Shown here: positions 28,813 through 39,422 of the stretch, in pieces
Layout: each line of letters starts with the position of its first letter
Numbering within the stretch: the stretch's first letter is position 1
Assembly (NCBI GenBank): GCA_017501645.1
Contig: JAFVWN010000065.1
Location: 17,240-81,239, forward strand
DNA length: 64,000 nt
Direction of reading: 5' to 3'
Source of the DNA: Clostridia bacterium
GTDB lineage: Bacteria; Bacillota; Clostridia; Christensenellales; UBA1242
Translations under genes and position numbers: made by a program
The notes under the pieces: generated by a model
The model's input: the letters and a program-made list of their open reading frames with translations, nothing else
The model's database searches: none
Told to the model about the DNA's origin: nothing

Positions 28813-28931
28813 ATTGATTTTTTCTTTTATTATGAAACCTTACAATTTTAGTTTCTACAAAAACAAAAAAAAAGTTTCGCCTTCATTCATAATTCTTCAT
28901 TAAAAAAGAGAGACAAAATGTCTCTCTTTTT

Positions 28932-30338
28932 CTATACCATATCTACTAAAATCATATTTGAGCCAACACCGCCAGCTGTCGTTGATGCCATTTGCACAAT
29001 CAAGTCGCCTTTTTTAACAATCTTATGCTCGTGAGCTTTTTGCTTTGCCCCAGCAATTAAGCTATCGGTATCACTATAAGTTTTATCCATAACCGGAGTT
29101 ACGCCCCAACTTAAAGATAATTGATAATAAGTCTTTACATTTGGAGTACAAGCAACAATCTCACAACTAGGTCTACACCTACTTACACTTCTTGCACTGA
29201 AACCAGACGCTGTTGCAACAACTATTGCTTTTGCGTGAAGAGCTTTTGATAACTCGCAAGCAGCATAACCAATACTTGCACTAACATTATTATTGTAACC
29301 AAAATTATGGATTTCATCATAATTTATAGTTCTTTCACACTCAAGAGCAATTTTTGCCATTGTTTCTACACTAAGAACAGGATATTCTCCCGCAGATGTC
29401 TCTCCTGAAAGCATAACAGCACTTGTCCCATCCAGAACAGCATTTGCAATATCGCTAATTTCTGCACGAGTCGGTCTTACATTATGAATCATACTTTCAA
29501 GCATTTCAGTTGCTGTAATAACCATTTTCCCAGCGCCAACACATCTTGAAATGAGTTGCTTTTGAATATACGGAATCTTTTCAAACTCAACTTCAACACC
29601 AAGGTCACCACGAGCAACCATCACACCGTCCGCCACCGCAATAATCTCATCCATATTTGAAACACCTTTACGGCTTTCAATTTTTGCGATAACCAAGGCT
29701 TCTTTTTCATAACCGTTCTTTTTCAAAAACTTTTTAAACTCTAAAACATCACTCGCACAACCAACAAAAGAAGCAGAGAAAATATCAGCCCCCTCTTCTA
29801 TTCCAAAAAGAATGTCTTTTTTGTCCCCATCACTTAAATAGTTAAGATTCAAATCAACCCCAGGGATATTGATACTCTTATTGTTGCTAAGTTTACCACC
29901 AACCAAAATTTTACACAAAACTTCAGTTCCTTGAACGCCTTCCACTTCAAGCTTGATAAGACCATCATTCAAAAGAATAATATCACCTTTCTTTACTAAC
30001 TTATTGAAAGAAGCAAGTGTTACCGACACTCCTTGTTCATTACCAATAACATTACGAGTTGTTAAAATAAATCTATCACCTTTTTTAATGTTAACAAATC
30101 CATTTTGAAATTGTCTTATTCTAATTTCAGGGCCTCTTGTATCAATCATAATTGCAACAGGTTTATTAAGTTCTTCTCTCGCCTCTTTTAAAAGACTAAT
30201 CAATTGATGATGAGATTCGTGAGTTCCGTGACTCATATTAAATCTTGCAACATTCATTCCCGCAAGAATCATTTGCTTAATTACGCTTTTACTAGCCGAA
30301 GATGGGCCAAGGGTACATACAATTTTAGTTCTTCTCAT
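28932..30338 (-). CDS. pyk: Pyruvate kinase
   Basis: RRTKIVCTLGP, ARFNMSHG, IAKIE, MVARGDLGVE, AVMLSGET. Confidence 0.97.
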   Translation of the reverse strand: MRRTKIVCTLGPSSASKSVIKQMILAGMNVARFNMSHGTHESHHQLISLLKEAREELNKPVAIMIDTRGPEIRIRQFQNGFVNIKKGDRFILTTRNVIGNEQGVSVTLASFNKLVKKGDIILLNDGLIKLEVEGVQGTEVLCKILVGGKLSNNKSINIPGVDLNLNYLSDGDKKDILFGIEEGADIFSASFVGCASDVLEFKKFLKKNGYEKEALVIAKIESRKGVSNMDEIIAVADGVMVARGDLGVEVEFEKIPYIQKQLISRCVGAGKMVITATEMLESMIHNVRPTRAEISDIANAVLDGTSAVMLSGETSAGEYPVLSVETMAKIALECERTINYDEIHNFGYNNNVSASIGYAACELSKALHAKAIVVATASGFSARSVSRCRPSCEIVACTPNVKTYYQLSLSWGVTPVMDKTYSDTDSLIAGAKQKAHEHKIVKKGDLIVQMASTTAGGVGSNMILVDMV

Positions 30339-30442
30339 AATAACTCCATTAATATTCTATGAAATATCTATAATAGAATTATACACATATTTTTTCATAA
30401 AGTAAAACAAAAAAGCACATCAGTTTATGTGCTTTTTAAAAA

Positions 30443-31057
30443 TTATTTACCTTCTTCAGCAAAATATGGTGTTGGGTCAACAAGTTTGTCCCCTTCATAA
30501 AGTTCAAAATGTAGATGAGTGCCGTCTGCCTTTTCTGTTAAGTTCGAACCAACAGTTCCTATTTCTTGACCTTTCTTTACCGTATCTCCCTCACTCACAA
30601 GAGCTTCATCACTAAGACACTTATACACACTTTTAAGATTTTTTGAATGACTTATAGTTATAATTAGTCCATCCATCATTGAATGTTCTATCTTTTCAAC
30701 CTTGCCATCATAAACAGCAAGCACTTTTGTACCCTCACTTGCTTTGTAGTCAACAGCTTGGTGAGTTTGCCAAATCCCAGTAGTATTATCCTCAAGAAGA
30801 TGGTCTTCTGCATACTCTTTTGCAATTTCGCCATCTTTAATAGGACTTACAAACATAATAACCTCATCATTAACCGTTGGAACTGTCGGGATGATGTCTT
30901 CTTGATTAACAGTCTTACCCCCTTCTTCATTCACATAGTTTATTGCAGTAAAACTTATTAATGTTAATGCTAAAACAACACACACAGAAACCGCAAGTGC
31001 ATATGAATTTCTTTTGAAAAAATGCTTAATTTTTCTTATAAAATTGTTTCCTCTCAT
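30443..31057 (-). CDS. M23 family peptidase, SpoIIQ-like
   Basis: N-terminal TM; H.AVD and HLHFE motifs; downstream of ywmB-like gene. Confidence 0.8.
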   Translation of the reverse strand: MRGNNFIRKIKHFFKRNSYALAVSVCVVLALTLISFTAINYVNEEGGKTVNQEDIIPTVPTVNDEVIMFVSPIKDGEIAKEYAEDHLLEDNTTGIWQTHQAVDYKASEGTKVLAVYDGKVEKIEHSMMDGLIITISHSKNLKSVYKCLSDEALVSEGDTVKKGQEIGTVGSNLTEKADGTHLHFELYEGDKLVDPTPYFAEEGK

Positions 31058-31113
31058 AAAAACCTCCATTACTAATTCGAATATTTACATTTTTGCAAAT
31101 TTTATACATTTTT

Positions 31114-31554
31114 TTAATAACTACCATAAATTATTGGAGTCCCAATAACTATTTTTTCTCCATCAGCAACCATTTGAACATTAGCCCTCCTCCCTTTTAT
31201 TCTGTAACTTAAAAGAGTAGACACTCCTTCAACAACACTTTTATTTTCAACCTCATACTTATTAAGAATAACTAGCCCCATTTTTTGAGCAAGTTCATTC
31301 ATTTTTTGTTTTCCACCAAAAACCATTAAACATTCTCCAACAACTTCACCTTTTGATGTATACTTTAATAAATTTTTCGCCTCAAAATTTTCAACAACAA
31401 ACCCCAAATCGCTTTCCGCATATGTAATCTCACTCTTTGACGCTTTTATTTTATTAGTTTCTCCTAAAAACACACCCCTAACATCTCCAGATGAAAGACC
31501 TAAACAAACAACCATAAATAACACAGGTAAAACAATCAACAAAAATCTTTTCAT
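31114..31554 (-). CDS. YwmB-like secreted protein
   Basis: Signal peptide; C-terminal NVQM......IVIGTPII.GSY. Confidence 0.7.
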   Translation of the reverse strand: MKRFLLIVLPVLFMVVCLGLSSGDVRGVFLGETNKIKASKSEITYAESDLGFVVENFEAKNLLKYTSKGEVVGECLMVFGGKQKMNELAQKMGLVILNKYEVENKSVVEGVSTLLSYRIKGRRANVQMVADGEKIVIGTPIIYGSY

Positions 31555-31599
31555 AAAAAAATCATCCTCTTAGGAAGATGATTGACATTTATATATTTT

Positions 31600-32817
31600 T
31601 TATTCATTTAATAATTTATCCATAAAACCAAACCCAGCAATCAAATGTAATGTCGTTGGAGAAGCAAATAAACAAGGTGTAAGAGCAAAACTTTTTTGCA
31701 CCCTATATGCATCAAATTTATACTTTTTTAAAACATTAACAGGATGGTTTATCGTAGATGTTACGAAAAATATCTTATTTAAACATTTTTTCAGCACTGT
31801 TTTTATATATGGAATATAATTATTTGCAACTTTAGTTATTTCTTTATTATCAATAATTAGGCTGGCTCCGTCTATTCTTCTTAAAGCTTCTGTTGGCGAA
31901 ATTTTTAAAAGTTTTGAAACTGCATCTATATGCTTATTGACATTTACCTCTCTTCCAAAAGTATAATTATCAAAAAATGAAGTATACGAATTAACATTAA
32001 GCTTTAATGCTATTGTATACAATTCTAGAAAGTCCGCACTCACACATTGAGACTGCATAAGTGATGCAAGTTGATAATCACCTCCGCAAAAACCTCTTGT
32101 TTGATTGTAAAAACTCATTGCCTGCCCCAAACGAATAAGCACCCAAGTATTAGTTCTCCACTTTTGAATTTTTGTTTGAGGCTTTTTATTTACATAGTTA
32201 CTAAGAGTTTGTTTCAAAAAGTTTTTCATTCTTTGGCAAATAGTCTTTTTAAAAACCATTTCTGCAACAATATCATCAAATAAAGAAATATACTTCCCTG
32301 TTATATAATAAGTTTGCAAATTAACAAAATCTGTTTTTTGCTCGAACACATAGATTTCTATTGGGCATTCTGTTACATAAATATTAAACAGAACCCCATC
32401 AAACAATCTTGCGAATTTAGAAAAGGTTATGTCAATAAAATTATCAAAAGCAACAACTATAAGCTGACAACCAAGCGAAAAACTATAATATTTACAAATA
32501 CTCACAAGTTCTTCCCCACCAACAGCAACAACCAATTCTTGCCCATAGTCTTGTAAAGTTTCCGCAATGCAAATTTTTGCTTTTTCATTGATTATTACTT
32601 TGTTGATTTCTTTATGTTGCATTTTTACTTTTTGTAATATATTTCCTAAAAACGCATAATCATTATCCGCCACAATAAGAATTTTATTATGCTTTCCAAA
32701 GCATAAACTGTCAATCAATTTTTCTTCTGCGTTTTTTCCAACAATAATTTTTTGCGTTTGCAAATAATGCTCCTCTTCGCAATCACACATCATTTTTTCT
32801 TGCTCATAATTTTCCAT
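31600..32817 (-). CDS. Divergent glycerol-1-phosphate dehydrogenase / iron-ADH-fold-like protein
   Basis: KILIVADN, VVAVGG....(D>S)ICKY, D..FS N-terminal pattern; metal-binding His residues not evident. Confidence 0.45.
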   Translation of the reverse strand: MENYEQEKMMCDCEEEHYLQTQKIIVGKNAEEKLIDSLCFGKHNKILIVADNDYAFLGNILQKVKMQHKEINKVIINEKAKICIAETLQDYGQELVVAVGGEELVSICKYYSFSLGCQLIVVAFDNFIDITFSKFARLFDGVLFNIYVTECPIEIYVFEQKTDFVNLQTYYITGKYISLFDDIVAEMVFKKTICQRMKNFLKQTLSNYVNKKPQTKIQKWRTNTWVLIRLGQAMSFYNQTRGFCGGDYQLASLMQSQCVSADFLELYTIALKLNVNSYTSFFDNYTFGREVNVNKHIDAVSKLLKISPTEALRRIDGASLIIDNKEITKVANNYIPYIKTVLKKCLNKIFFVTSTINHPVNVLKKYKFDAYRVQKSFALTPCLFASPTTLHLIAGFGFMDKLLNE

Positions 32818-32872
32818 AACAAAAAAATAGCACATAAATATATCTTATATCTATGTGCTATATATCGAATAA

Positions 32873-34396
32873 TTAATCTTTATAATATTTTTTGTAGATT
32901 TCACCAGTTTCTTCTTGCAAAACTTCTTGAATAGGTACAGTTTCTTCTTGCAAAACTTCTTGAACAGGTACTGTTTCTTCTTGTTGAATTCCTTCAGCAG
33001 AAAGAGTATTTTCCTGAAGGGGTTCTGGAGAAGGAACAGATTCTTGTTGTTTCATTGCAAGTTTAGCTTCTTTTTTAGCTTTTGAAATCTTAACAAGATT
33101 ATCAATAGTTGTAAGCGTAAAGCCTTGAATAATATTAAAGTAATAAGTTAAAAATCTCCAAGCCAAAAGTCCCCAAACAACATTATGACCAAGAAGTGAA
33201 GAAATTCCAAATAATGAAATAAATGAAATTTCCATCATTCCAGTACCTCCAGGAAGAGGCATTACAACTGATGCCATTTGGCAAATGATAGATTTAGTAA
33301 TACAAATAATAACAAGCATAAAGCCCGTTGGTGCAACATTACCCGGAGCGAGAGCCATTACTATCATATATGGCATTCCAAACAAAGCAAGCATTTCAAC
33401 CAAACACAAGAACGCACATATAAACATTGTTCCCAAGTTCTTTCTCAAATATCTAATTGATGATTGATATTCAAGAACTGTACTCATAATTTTATTGTAA
33501 CTCTTTCTATAATCTTTGACAATTCTAAGCTTGTAACCAAATCTAACAATTTTTCTTACAAGCGAACGCCCAACTATTTTACCACTGCCAATAAGTGTAT
33601 AAACAACACTTACAAGAGCAGTAAAAATCAAACCTATGTACGCAAGAATTTTAAACAATGTTAAAAGTAAATTATTAAGATTTGAAGGTCTTGGAATATG
33701 CGGAGCCGCAAAAACCAAGAAACAGAATATTAAAATTGAATATACCATTGTATAAAGTATAAACTTAATAAGCGGTATACTTGTTGCAACACCAGGAGCG
33801 ACCCCACCTTTTGCAAGCGACAATATTTGAGCAGGCTCTCCACCTACAGAGAACGGAGTAATATCATCAAAATATCTTCCTGTCACACTCGTTTTATAGG
33901 CAAGCCCCATTCTGCTTTTTCCTGTAGTCTTCTTAATAAGAGTATTAAGAATAAGCGTATCTGCCAAGAAATACAAAACAACAAGTCCCAAAGCCCCAGC
34001 AAGCCACCATAATTTTTTACCTTGCTCAGCAACTATTTTAGAAAGCGAGAAATTCTCTGTATCTTTAAGAAGTGAATTAATGATAAAAAATAAGACAACA
34101 AGGTTAATTGCTAAGAATATAAGGTTTGTTATTACACTCTTTTTCTTCTTTTTTGGTTTTTCGTTTTCAATAGCTTCTTGTAATTTATCTCTTACAACAT
34201 CATCATCAATAAGCGTTTCACCTATAGGAGACTCAAAAATTGAAAGTTGCCCTTCACTAACTTGAAGAGAGATGTCTTCACTAAAAACTTCTTCACTTCT
34301 TTCAGTTTCTTTTGCAGAAAAATTATGCACCGATTCTTTCGGTACATTTGGCATTCTCAACTGTTCATTTTCTTGAAGTTTTTTATCTTTTTTCAA
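32873..34396 (-). CDS. Lysylphosphatidylglycerol synthase TM-domain (YbhN/UPF0104) membrane protein
   Basis: G.YF..ITPF..GG.P.Q, P.PGG.G..E..F, L.WRF.TYY; start codon uncertain (TTG 34396); 33-bp repeat in tail. Confidence 0.8.
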   Translation of the reverse strand: MKKDKKLQENEQLRMPNVPKESVHNFSAKETERSEEVFSEDISLQVSEGQLSIFESPIGETLIDDDVVRDKLQEAIENEKPKKKKKSVITNLIFLAINLVVLFFIINSLLKDTENFSLSKIVAEQGKKLWWLAGALGLVVLYFLADTLILNTLIKKTTGKSRMGLAYKTSVTGRYFDDITPFSVGGEPAQILSLAKGGVAPGVATSIPLIKFILYTMVYSILIFCFLVFAAPHIPRPSNLNNLLLTLFKILAYIGLIFTALVSVVYTLIGSGKIVGRSLVRKIVRFGYKLRIVKDYRKSYNKIMSTVLEYQSSIRYLRKNLGTMFICAFLCLVEMLALFGMPYMIVMALAPGNVAPTGFMLVIICITKSIICQMASVVMPLPGGTGMMEISFISLFGISSLLGHNVVWGLLAWRFLTYYFNIIQGFTLTTIDNLVKISKAKKEAKLAMKQQESVPSPEPLQENTLSAEGIQQEETVPVQEVLQEETVPIQEVLQEETGEIYKKYYKD

Positions 34397-34588
34397 ATCG
34401 TCACCAACAGATAAATTTTTCTTTATATTTATAATATAAGACAAAACCCTATTCAAGTCAATTAAAAGCAAAAAAAATAATTGTTCCAAAAAGATATTTT
34501 ATATATTTTTTACAACAAAAACATCCTTTTGCCTCAACAACAACCTTTTTTACAAACAAAAAAGGAAGCTTTTTTGCTTCCTTATAAA

Positions 34589-35545
34589 TTAATTATTTTC
34601 ACCATTTGAATCATCATCAAAGTATTTTCCAGAAGCAATAAGCGCTTCAAGTTCTTTAACTTCATCTGCGTATCTGTTTTTTTCGTGAGATAGATAATCT
34701 CTAAGTTTTAAGTTATTTTCGTGTTTTTCTTTATTTGTTTCAAGATAGTTTTCTGCATCTTGAATACTTGCCTTAAGTTCTGCAATATGAGCAGTTAATT
34801 CTTCTTGACGAGCTTTCTTTTCTGCGTCAACATTCTTAATATCTGTTACTGAATACATAAGAAGGTTCAAGTTTGTAAGTTCCAAAGCTCTTCTATCAAG
34901 CATCTTTTGGTTTCTTTCTTTTCTTCTTATTGTTCTTTCATACTTCATAATAGCACGAGTTGTTTTTTCTAAGTCCCTATCAATTCTTGTTTGGCTATCC
35001 TTAATTTTTTCAAGTCTAACTCTGTAATCAAATTCAGGGCCAACCTTTTCAGTAATAACAATAACCTCAGGTTCTTTTCTTTCTTGAACAGAAACAACCT
35101 CTTTAACTTCAGGTTCTGCAACAGCCTCTTCTACTACTTTTTCTTCAACAACGACCTCTTCAGCAACTGGTTCAGGAACGACCTCTTCAACCACTTCTTC
35201 AACAATAGTTTCTTCAACTACTGGTTCTACAATTTCTTCAACAACTTCTTCCTTAACCTCTTCCTTTACTTCCTCTACTACTGGAGCAGGCTCTTCCTTA
35301 AATTCTTCTACAGGAGCAGGTTCTTCTTTTTTAGCGTTTTTAGAAGCTTCTTCAAGTTGAGCAAGCATTGCATCAAGGTCAATTTCTGCAACTTCTTCAT
35401 TTGCCTCAGCTTTCACTTCTTCATCTTGTGTTTTAGCTTTTGTATTACACTCAATAATGAATGCTGTTAAAAAGCCCAAGGCAACCAATGTTCCCGCACT
35501 TAAAATACAAACTGCAATGATTTGAAATACTGTCATAATATACAT
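34589..35545 (-). CDS. Membrane-anchored protein with Glu/Val/Pro-rich linker and C-terminal coiled coil
   Basis: N-terminal TM, EEPAPV/EEVVEE repeats, heptad-rich C-terminus; AAGGAG RBS. Confidence 0.7.
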   Translation of the reverse strand: MYIMTVFQIIAVCILSAGTLVALGFLTAFIIECNTKAKTQDEEVKAEANEEVAEIDLDAMLAQLEEASKNAKKEEPAPVEEFKEEPAPVVEEVKEEVKEEVVEEIVEPVVEETIVEEVVEEVVPEPVAEEVVVEEKVVEEAVAEPEVKEVVSVQERKEPEVIVITEKVGPEFDYRVRLEKIKDSQTRIDRDLEKTTRAIMKYERTIRRKERNQKMLDRRALELTNLNLLMYSVTDIKNVDAEKKARQEELTAHIAELKASIQDAENYLETNKEKHENNLKLRDYLSHEKNRYADEVKELEALIASGKYFDDDSNGENN

Positions 35546-35586
35546 TCTCCTTTCATTTGAAATAGATTAATGTGTGTTTCCACTTT

Positions 35587-35946
35587 TGGTGGAGGCGGCG
35601 GGAATCGAACCCGCGTCCAAACAACCTCGTAAATACCCTTCTCCGTGCCACAGTCAACTGTTAATGGGGTCGCCTAAAATCTAAAGTTGACTAAATCTTT
35701 TAGGCTATTCACATCTAAATCTCGCAACCCACTCCAATGTGAACAAAAGTAAATTGCACCCTACTTTTTGTTTGACAAGTAACCATATCCAGTAAGCCTA
35801 TACAGTTACCCGTACTGCATTAATTAAGCAGCAAGAGCTAAATTTTCGTTAGCGTTTATTTTTTGACACCGATTTTAAGCTTCTTTGTCCCAAGCTAGCA
35901 CGCTTCTAATATTTACTCATTTGCCTGTCGAAACCAGTACGCCCCC
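35587..35946 (-). ncRNA. ssrA: tmRNA; tag peptide (A)ANENLALAA* at 35853-35824
   Basis: 5' GGGGGCGTACTGGTTTCGAC; 3' T-arm GCGGGTTCGATTCCCGC and CGCCTCCACCA; G3:U pair; directly downstream of smpB. Confidence 0.96.
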
Positions 35947-35980
35947 AAATGATGAGGGTATAAAGGTTTAAGCACTCGAA

Positions 35981-36427
35981 TTATTTTATGTTTTTTATTG
36001 CTCTTTGAGCTTCTTTTTTTAAGTCTTTCTCTTTAATCGAATCCTTTTTCTCGTAAAGTTTTTTACCTTTAGCGAGGGCAAGTTCTATTTTTACATGACT
36101 TCCATTAAAATAAGCCCTAAGCGGAACAAGAGTATAACTATTGTCCTTAATTTTTCTTTCTAGCCTGTCAATTTCTTTTTTATGAAGAAGTAACTTACGA
36201 GTACGCTTTTCATCCTCTTTATAAGCTGAAGTCTTTTCATAACAAGGAATATTTGCATTCAAAAGGAACACTTCTCCGTTCCTAATCACTGCGTAACTAT
36301 CCGCAATTGTCATATGCCCTAGTCTCAAAGATTTTACTTCAGAGCCAACTAAAACAATACCACATTCATACTTTTCTTCTATAAAATATTCAAAGTGCGC
36401 TTTTCTTTTTACTGCGATTTCCTTCAT
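35981..36427 (-). CDS. smpB: SsrA-binding protein
   Basis: RKA.FEY.I...E.GIVL.GSEVKSLR, R.RKLLLHK.EI, KGKKLY.K. Confidence 0.96.
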   Translation of the reverse strand: MKEIAVKRKAHFEYFIEEKYECGIVLVGSEVKSLRLGHMTIADSYAVIRNGEVFLLNANIPCYEKTSAYKEDEKRTRKLLLHKKEIDRLERKIKDNSYTLVPLRAYFNGSHVKIELALAKGKKLYEKKDSIKEKDLKKEAQRAIKNIK

Positions 36428-36557
36428 ATTTGCTCCTAGATTATAACATACTCATAAGTTCTTTTCAAGATGCTTTTTTGATTTTTTTTATAAAAAAGCA
36501 CCATTTTTTACTCTTTTTTATGTCTTTTTTATTATTTTTTGCGATTTTTACTGTTCT

Positions 36558-38708
36558 TTATTGGTTTTGAATAACTGCTGGTTCAAAGTCAATATGTCTT
36601 GTATTAATATCAACATTTGCAACCCTTACCGCTATTCTATCACCTAGCATATATCTATTTCTTTTGCCCACTAGCATATATCGTGTTTCATCAAAAATAT
36701 ATCTATCTTCAGGCAAATATTCTTTATAGATATAACCCTCTATTGTATTATCAAGTTCTACAAAAACACCACCATCTGTAACACCACTGATGTTGCCCTC
36801 ATAAACCTCGCCAATTTTGTCTGCCATATATTCAGTTTTTTTCAAATCATCAACAGCTCTTTCTGCTTCGTCAGCATTCCTTTCTGTGATACTTGCCTGT
36901 TCACTTGCCTCAACAACAAAGTTTTCTAAAACTTTTAATTTGTTTGCTGTAAGTTCCCCTCTAAGCATATACTTAATGATTCTGTGAATAACAAGGTCTG
37001 GATATCTTCTAATTGGTGAAGTAAAGTGACAATAATCTTTGAGTGCCAATCCAAAGTGCCCCAAGTTCTCAGGTGCATATCTTGCTTTTTGCATACTTCT
37101 AAGCATTATTTTTGAAATAGGTTTACTATATTCAGTGTCTTTAATTTGGTCAAGAAGTTTTTGGAAAACCATAGGTTTATAACCCTCATTTCCTGCAAGA
37201 AGTTTTAATCCAAAACTTGCAATAAAAGCCTTGAATGAAGTTACTCTTTCTGGAGTTGGGTCTTCGTGAACACGATAAACAAATGGTAAATTAATATGCG
37301 AACAATGTCTTGCAATTACCTCATTTGTGATAACCATAAATTGTTCAATAAGCCTATCACTCAAATTTCTTGGCTTCTTAATAATTTCTGTAATCTTACC
37401 CTCACTATCAACATTAATTTGAGCCTCAGGTAAATCAAAATCAAGCTGTCCAGCATCATCTCTTCTTTTAAGAAGTATTTTTGCAAGTTCTGCCATTTTT
37501 TCAAGCATTGGAACAACATCTTGATATTTTTCCTTTGTTTCGTTATCGCCATCAAAAATCTTTGTAACTTCTGTATAAGTCATTCTGTAATTTGATCTAA
37601 TAACACCCTCATAAATGCCATAGTCTTTTATGTTACCAAGCTTATCAAACTTCATAACAACACTCATTGCAAGCCTGTCTTCATTTGGGTTAAGAGAGCA
37701 AATACCATTTGACAAAACTTTTGGAAGCATAGGAAGAACATAATCTGGAAAATACACACTTGTTCCTCTTCTAAAAGCCTCTTTATCAAGGTTGCTTCCC
37801 TCTTTAACATAATTTGCAACATCTGCAATATGTACACTTAAAACATAGTCTTCTTTATCCATTTTTAGAGAAATAGCATCATCAAAATCTCTTGCATCTT
37901 CTCCGTCAATAGTAATAGTAAGGTCTTGTCTAAAGTCTTTTCTTCCTTTCATTTGTTCTTCACTTACAGGAACATTGACTTTGTCTGCCTCACTTAATAC
38001 AGCGTCTGGAAACTCTTCAATAAGCCCAAAACTTCTTATAACAGAAAGCGTTGATACTTTATAACTATTAGGGTCTCCCAAAACTTCTATAACTTCACCT
38101 TGACACATTCTTGTTCTAGTTGGGTACTCTATAATTTTCAAAACAACTTTGGTTTTACTTTGAGCACCTTTTGTTTTGTTTGCAGGAACAAAAATACTAT
38201 CAGCAAACCTTGTGTCATCAGGCACAACAATTCCACCACCTGCAGTTGCTTCATAATATCCAACAATGGTCTTATATCCCCTATCAAGGATATTTATTAC
38301 TTCCCCCTCTTTTTTACCATGAGCAGACTTTTGACCTCTAGTCTTAAATCCTTTTTGTTTTTTACCCATAATTTTAATGAGAACAATATCCCCTTGAGTT
38401 GCACCATTAAGATTTCTTTCAGGAATAAAAACATCATCACCCTCTCCATTAATTGGTCTAGCAAACGCATAACCATTAGGATGAGCCATAATTTTACACT
38501 TTGTAGCCCCAGTATTGTCAGGAAGAGTATACTTGTTTCTTTTTGTAAAAACAAGTTTATCTTCTCTAACAAGGTCATTAAGCGCTCCTGCTAGAGCTTG
38601 TTTGTCAAAGCCTGAAACCAAACCCATATATTTTGCAATTTCATCAAAAGACATTAGCTTTTGCTTTCTTGAAGAAATAACTTCAACTATTTTATCTTTA
38701 AATCCCAT
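36558..38708 (-). CDS. rnr: Ribonuclease R
   Basis: TIDGEDARDFDDA, HIADV, RGTSVY, HFTSPIRRYPDL, C-terminal S1 domain. Confidence 0.95.
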   Translation of the reverse strand: MGFKDKIVEVISSRKQKLMSFDEIAKYMGLVSGFDKQALAGALNDLVREDKLVFTKRNKYTLPDNTGATKCKIMAHPNGYAFARPINGEGDDVFIPERNLNGATQGDIVLIKIMGKKQKGFKTRGQKSAHGKKEGEVINILDRGYKTIVGYYEATAGGGIVVPDDTRFADSIFVPANKTKGAQSKTKVVLKIIEYPTRTRMCQGEVIEVLGDPNSYKVSTLSVIRSFGLIEEFPDAVLSEADKVNVPVSEEQMKGRKDFRQDLTITIDGEDARDFDDAISLKMDKEDYVLSVHIADVANYVKEGSNLDKEAFRRGTSVYFPDYVLPMLPKVLSNGICSLNPNEDRLAMSVVMKFDKLGNIKDYGIYEGVIRSNYRMTYTEVTKIFDGDNETKEKYQDVVPMLEKMAELAKILLKRRDDAGQLDFDLPEAQINVDSEGKITEIIKKPRNLSDRLIEQFMVITNEVIARHCSHINLPFVYRVHEDPTPERVTSFKAFIASFGLKLLAGNEGYKPMVFQKLLDQIKDTEYSKPISKIMLRSMQKARYAPENLGHFGLALKDYCHFTSPIRRYPDLVIHRIIKYMLRGELTANKLKVLENFVVEASEQASITERNADEAERAVDDLKKTEYMADKIGEVYEGNISGVTDGGVFVELDNTIEGYIYKEYLPEDRYIFDETRYMLVGKRNRYMLGDRIAVRVANVDINTRHIDFEPAVIQNQ

Positions 38709-38717
38709 TTTTAACTC

Positions 38718-39422
38718 CTAAATATGAAATTCTTTTGTTAACTCTTTTATAAGTTTATTCCTTTTAACTATTTCAAGTACAACCACAGCCCCAACAGAGA
38801 CACACATAAGTACTAGACTTGGCCAGGTTGCAAGATTTTTAAACCAAACTATTTTTACAATAAAGTAAATTATGCTAATAATAGCAATTAATGTGATACC
38901 TCTTAAAAGTTCCGCTTCATATATCTTTGAACACAAAGAAATAATTGTGGTTGATATAACACCAGCAAGCATTACACAAGGGGCAACTATCCCTAAAGAC
39001 CAACCAAACGGAGTTTTTAATGTGTAATAATCATAAGCGTCAACAAATATTAAAAAAATCGAAACCAAAATACTCATAATTATCAAGTTTTTGATATAAC
39101 TCGAAACACTTGATTTTATGGGTTCAATAAATGCGTGAAAAATTAAAACTAATCCCGCTAAAACATACGGAAACCAGTAAGGAGTTGTCTTAAAATACAA
39201 ATTTGTAACAATACAAATCGCAGCAGTAAGCCAAAACAACGCTCGTATCATATTATACCATCTTGCTGTTTGAACAAATTTTAAACTATAAACAGGATAA
39301 CTTCTCTTATTTACTTCAGCTTTTGGTAAATTTTGAGAAATATGCTTACCGCAAAGAGGACAATTTGAAAGGTCGCTTGAAAGTTCTACTTTACAACTCT
39401 CGCAAATTCTATCTCGCTCCAT
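38718..39422 (-). CDS. Zn-ribbon plus multi-TM membrane protein (DUF6320-like)
   Basis: C..C.V........CPLC then six TM helices ending ...KEFHI; overlaps upstream gene. Confidence 0.7.
   Translation of the reverse strand: MERDRICESCKVELSSDLSNCPLCGKHISQNLPKAEVNKRSYPVYSLKFVQTARWYNMIRALFWLTAAICIVTNLYFKTTPYWFPYVLAGLVLIFHAFIEPIKSSVSSYIKNLIIMSILVSIFLIFVDAYDYYTLKTPFGWSLGIVAPCVMLAGVISTTIISLCSKIYEAELLRGITLIAIISIIYFIVKIVWFKNLATWPSLVLMCVSVGAVVVLEIVKRNKLIKELTKEFHI

Noticed and set aside
32905-32983. 33-bp tandem repeat (QEETVP.QEVL) in the YbhN-like tail, and similar EEPAPV repeats near 35270-35330
   Set aside because: In-frame low-complexity linker expansions with no sign of a regulatory role
34991-35470. 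159-aa Phe/Asn-rich plus-strand ORF and the many other short antisense ORFs in the track
   Set aside because: Shadows of real genes on the opposite strand with biased codon usage
35546-35620. tRNA gene, or element integrated at the tmRNA 3' end
   Set aside because: The tRNA-like arm is the tmRNA 3' end; no integrase or duplicated att sequence seen nearby
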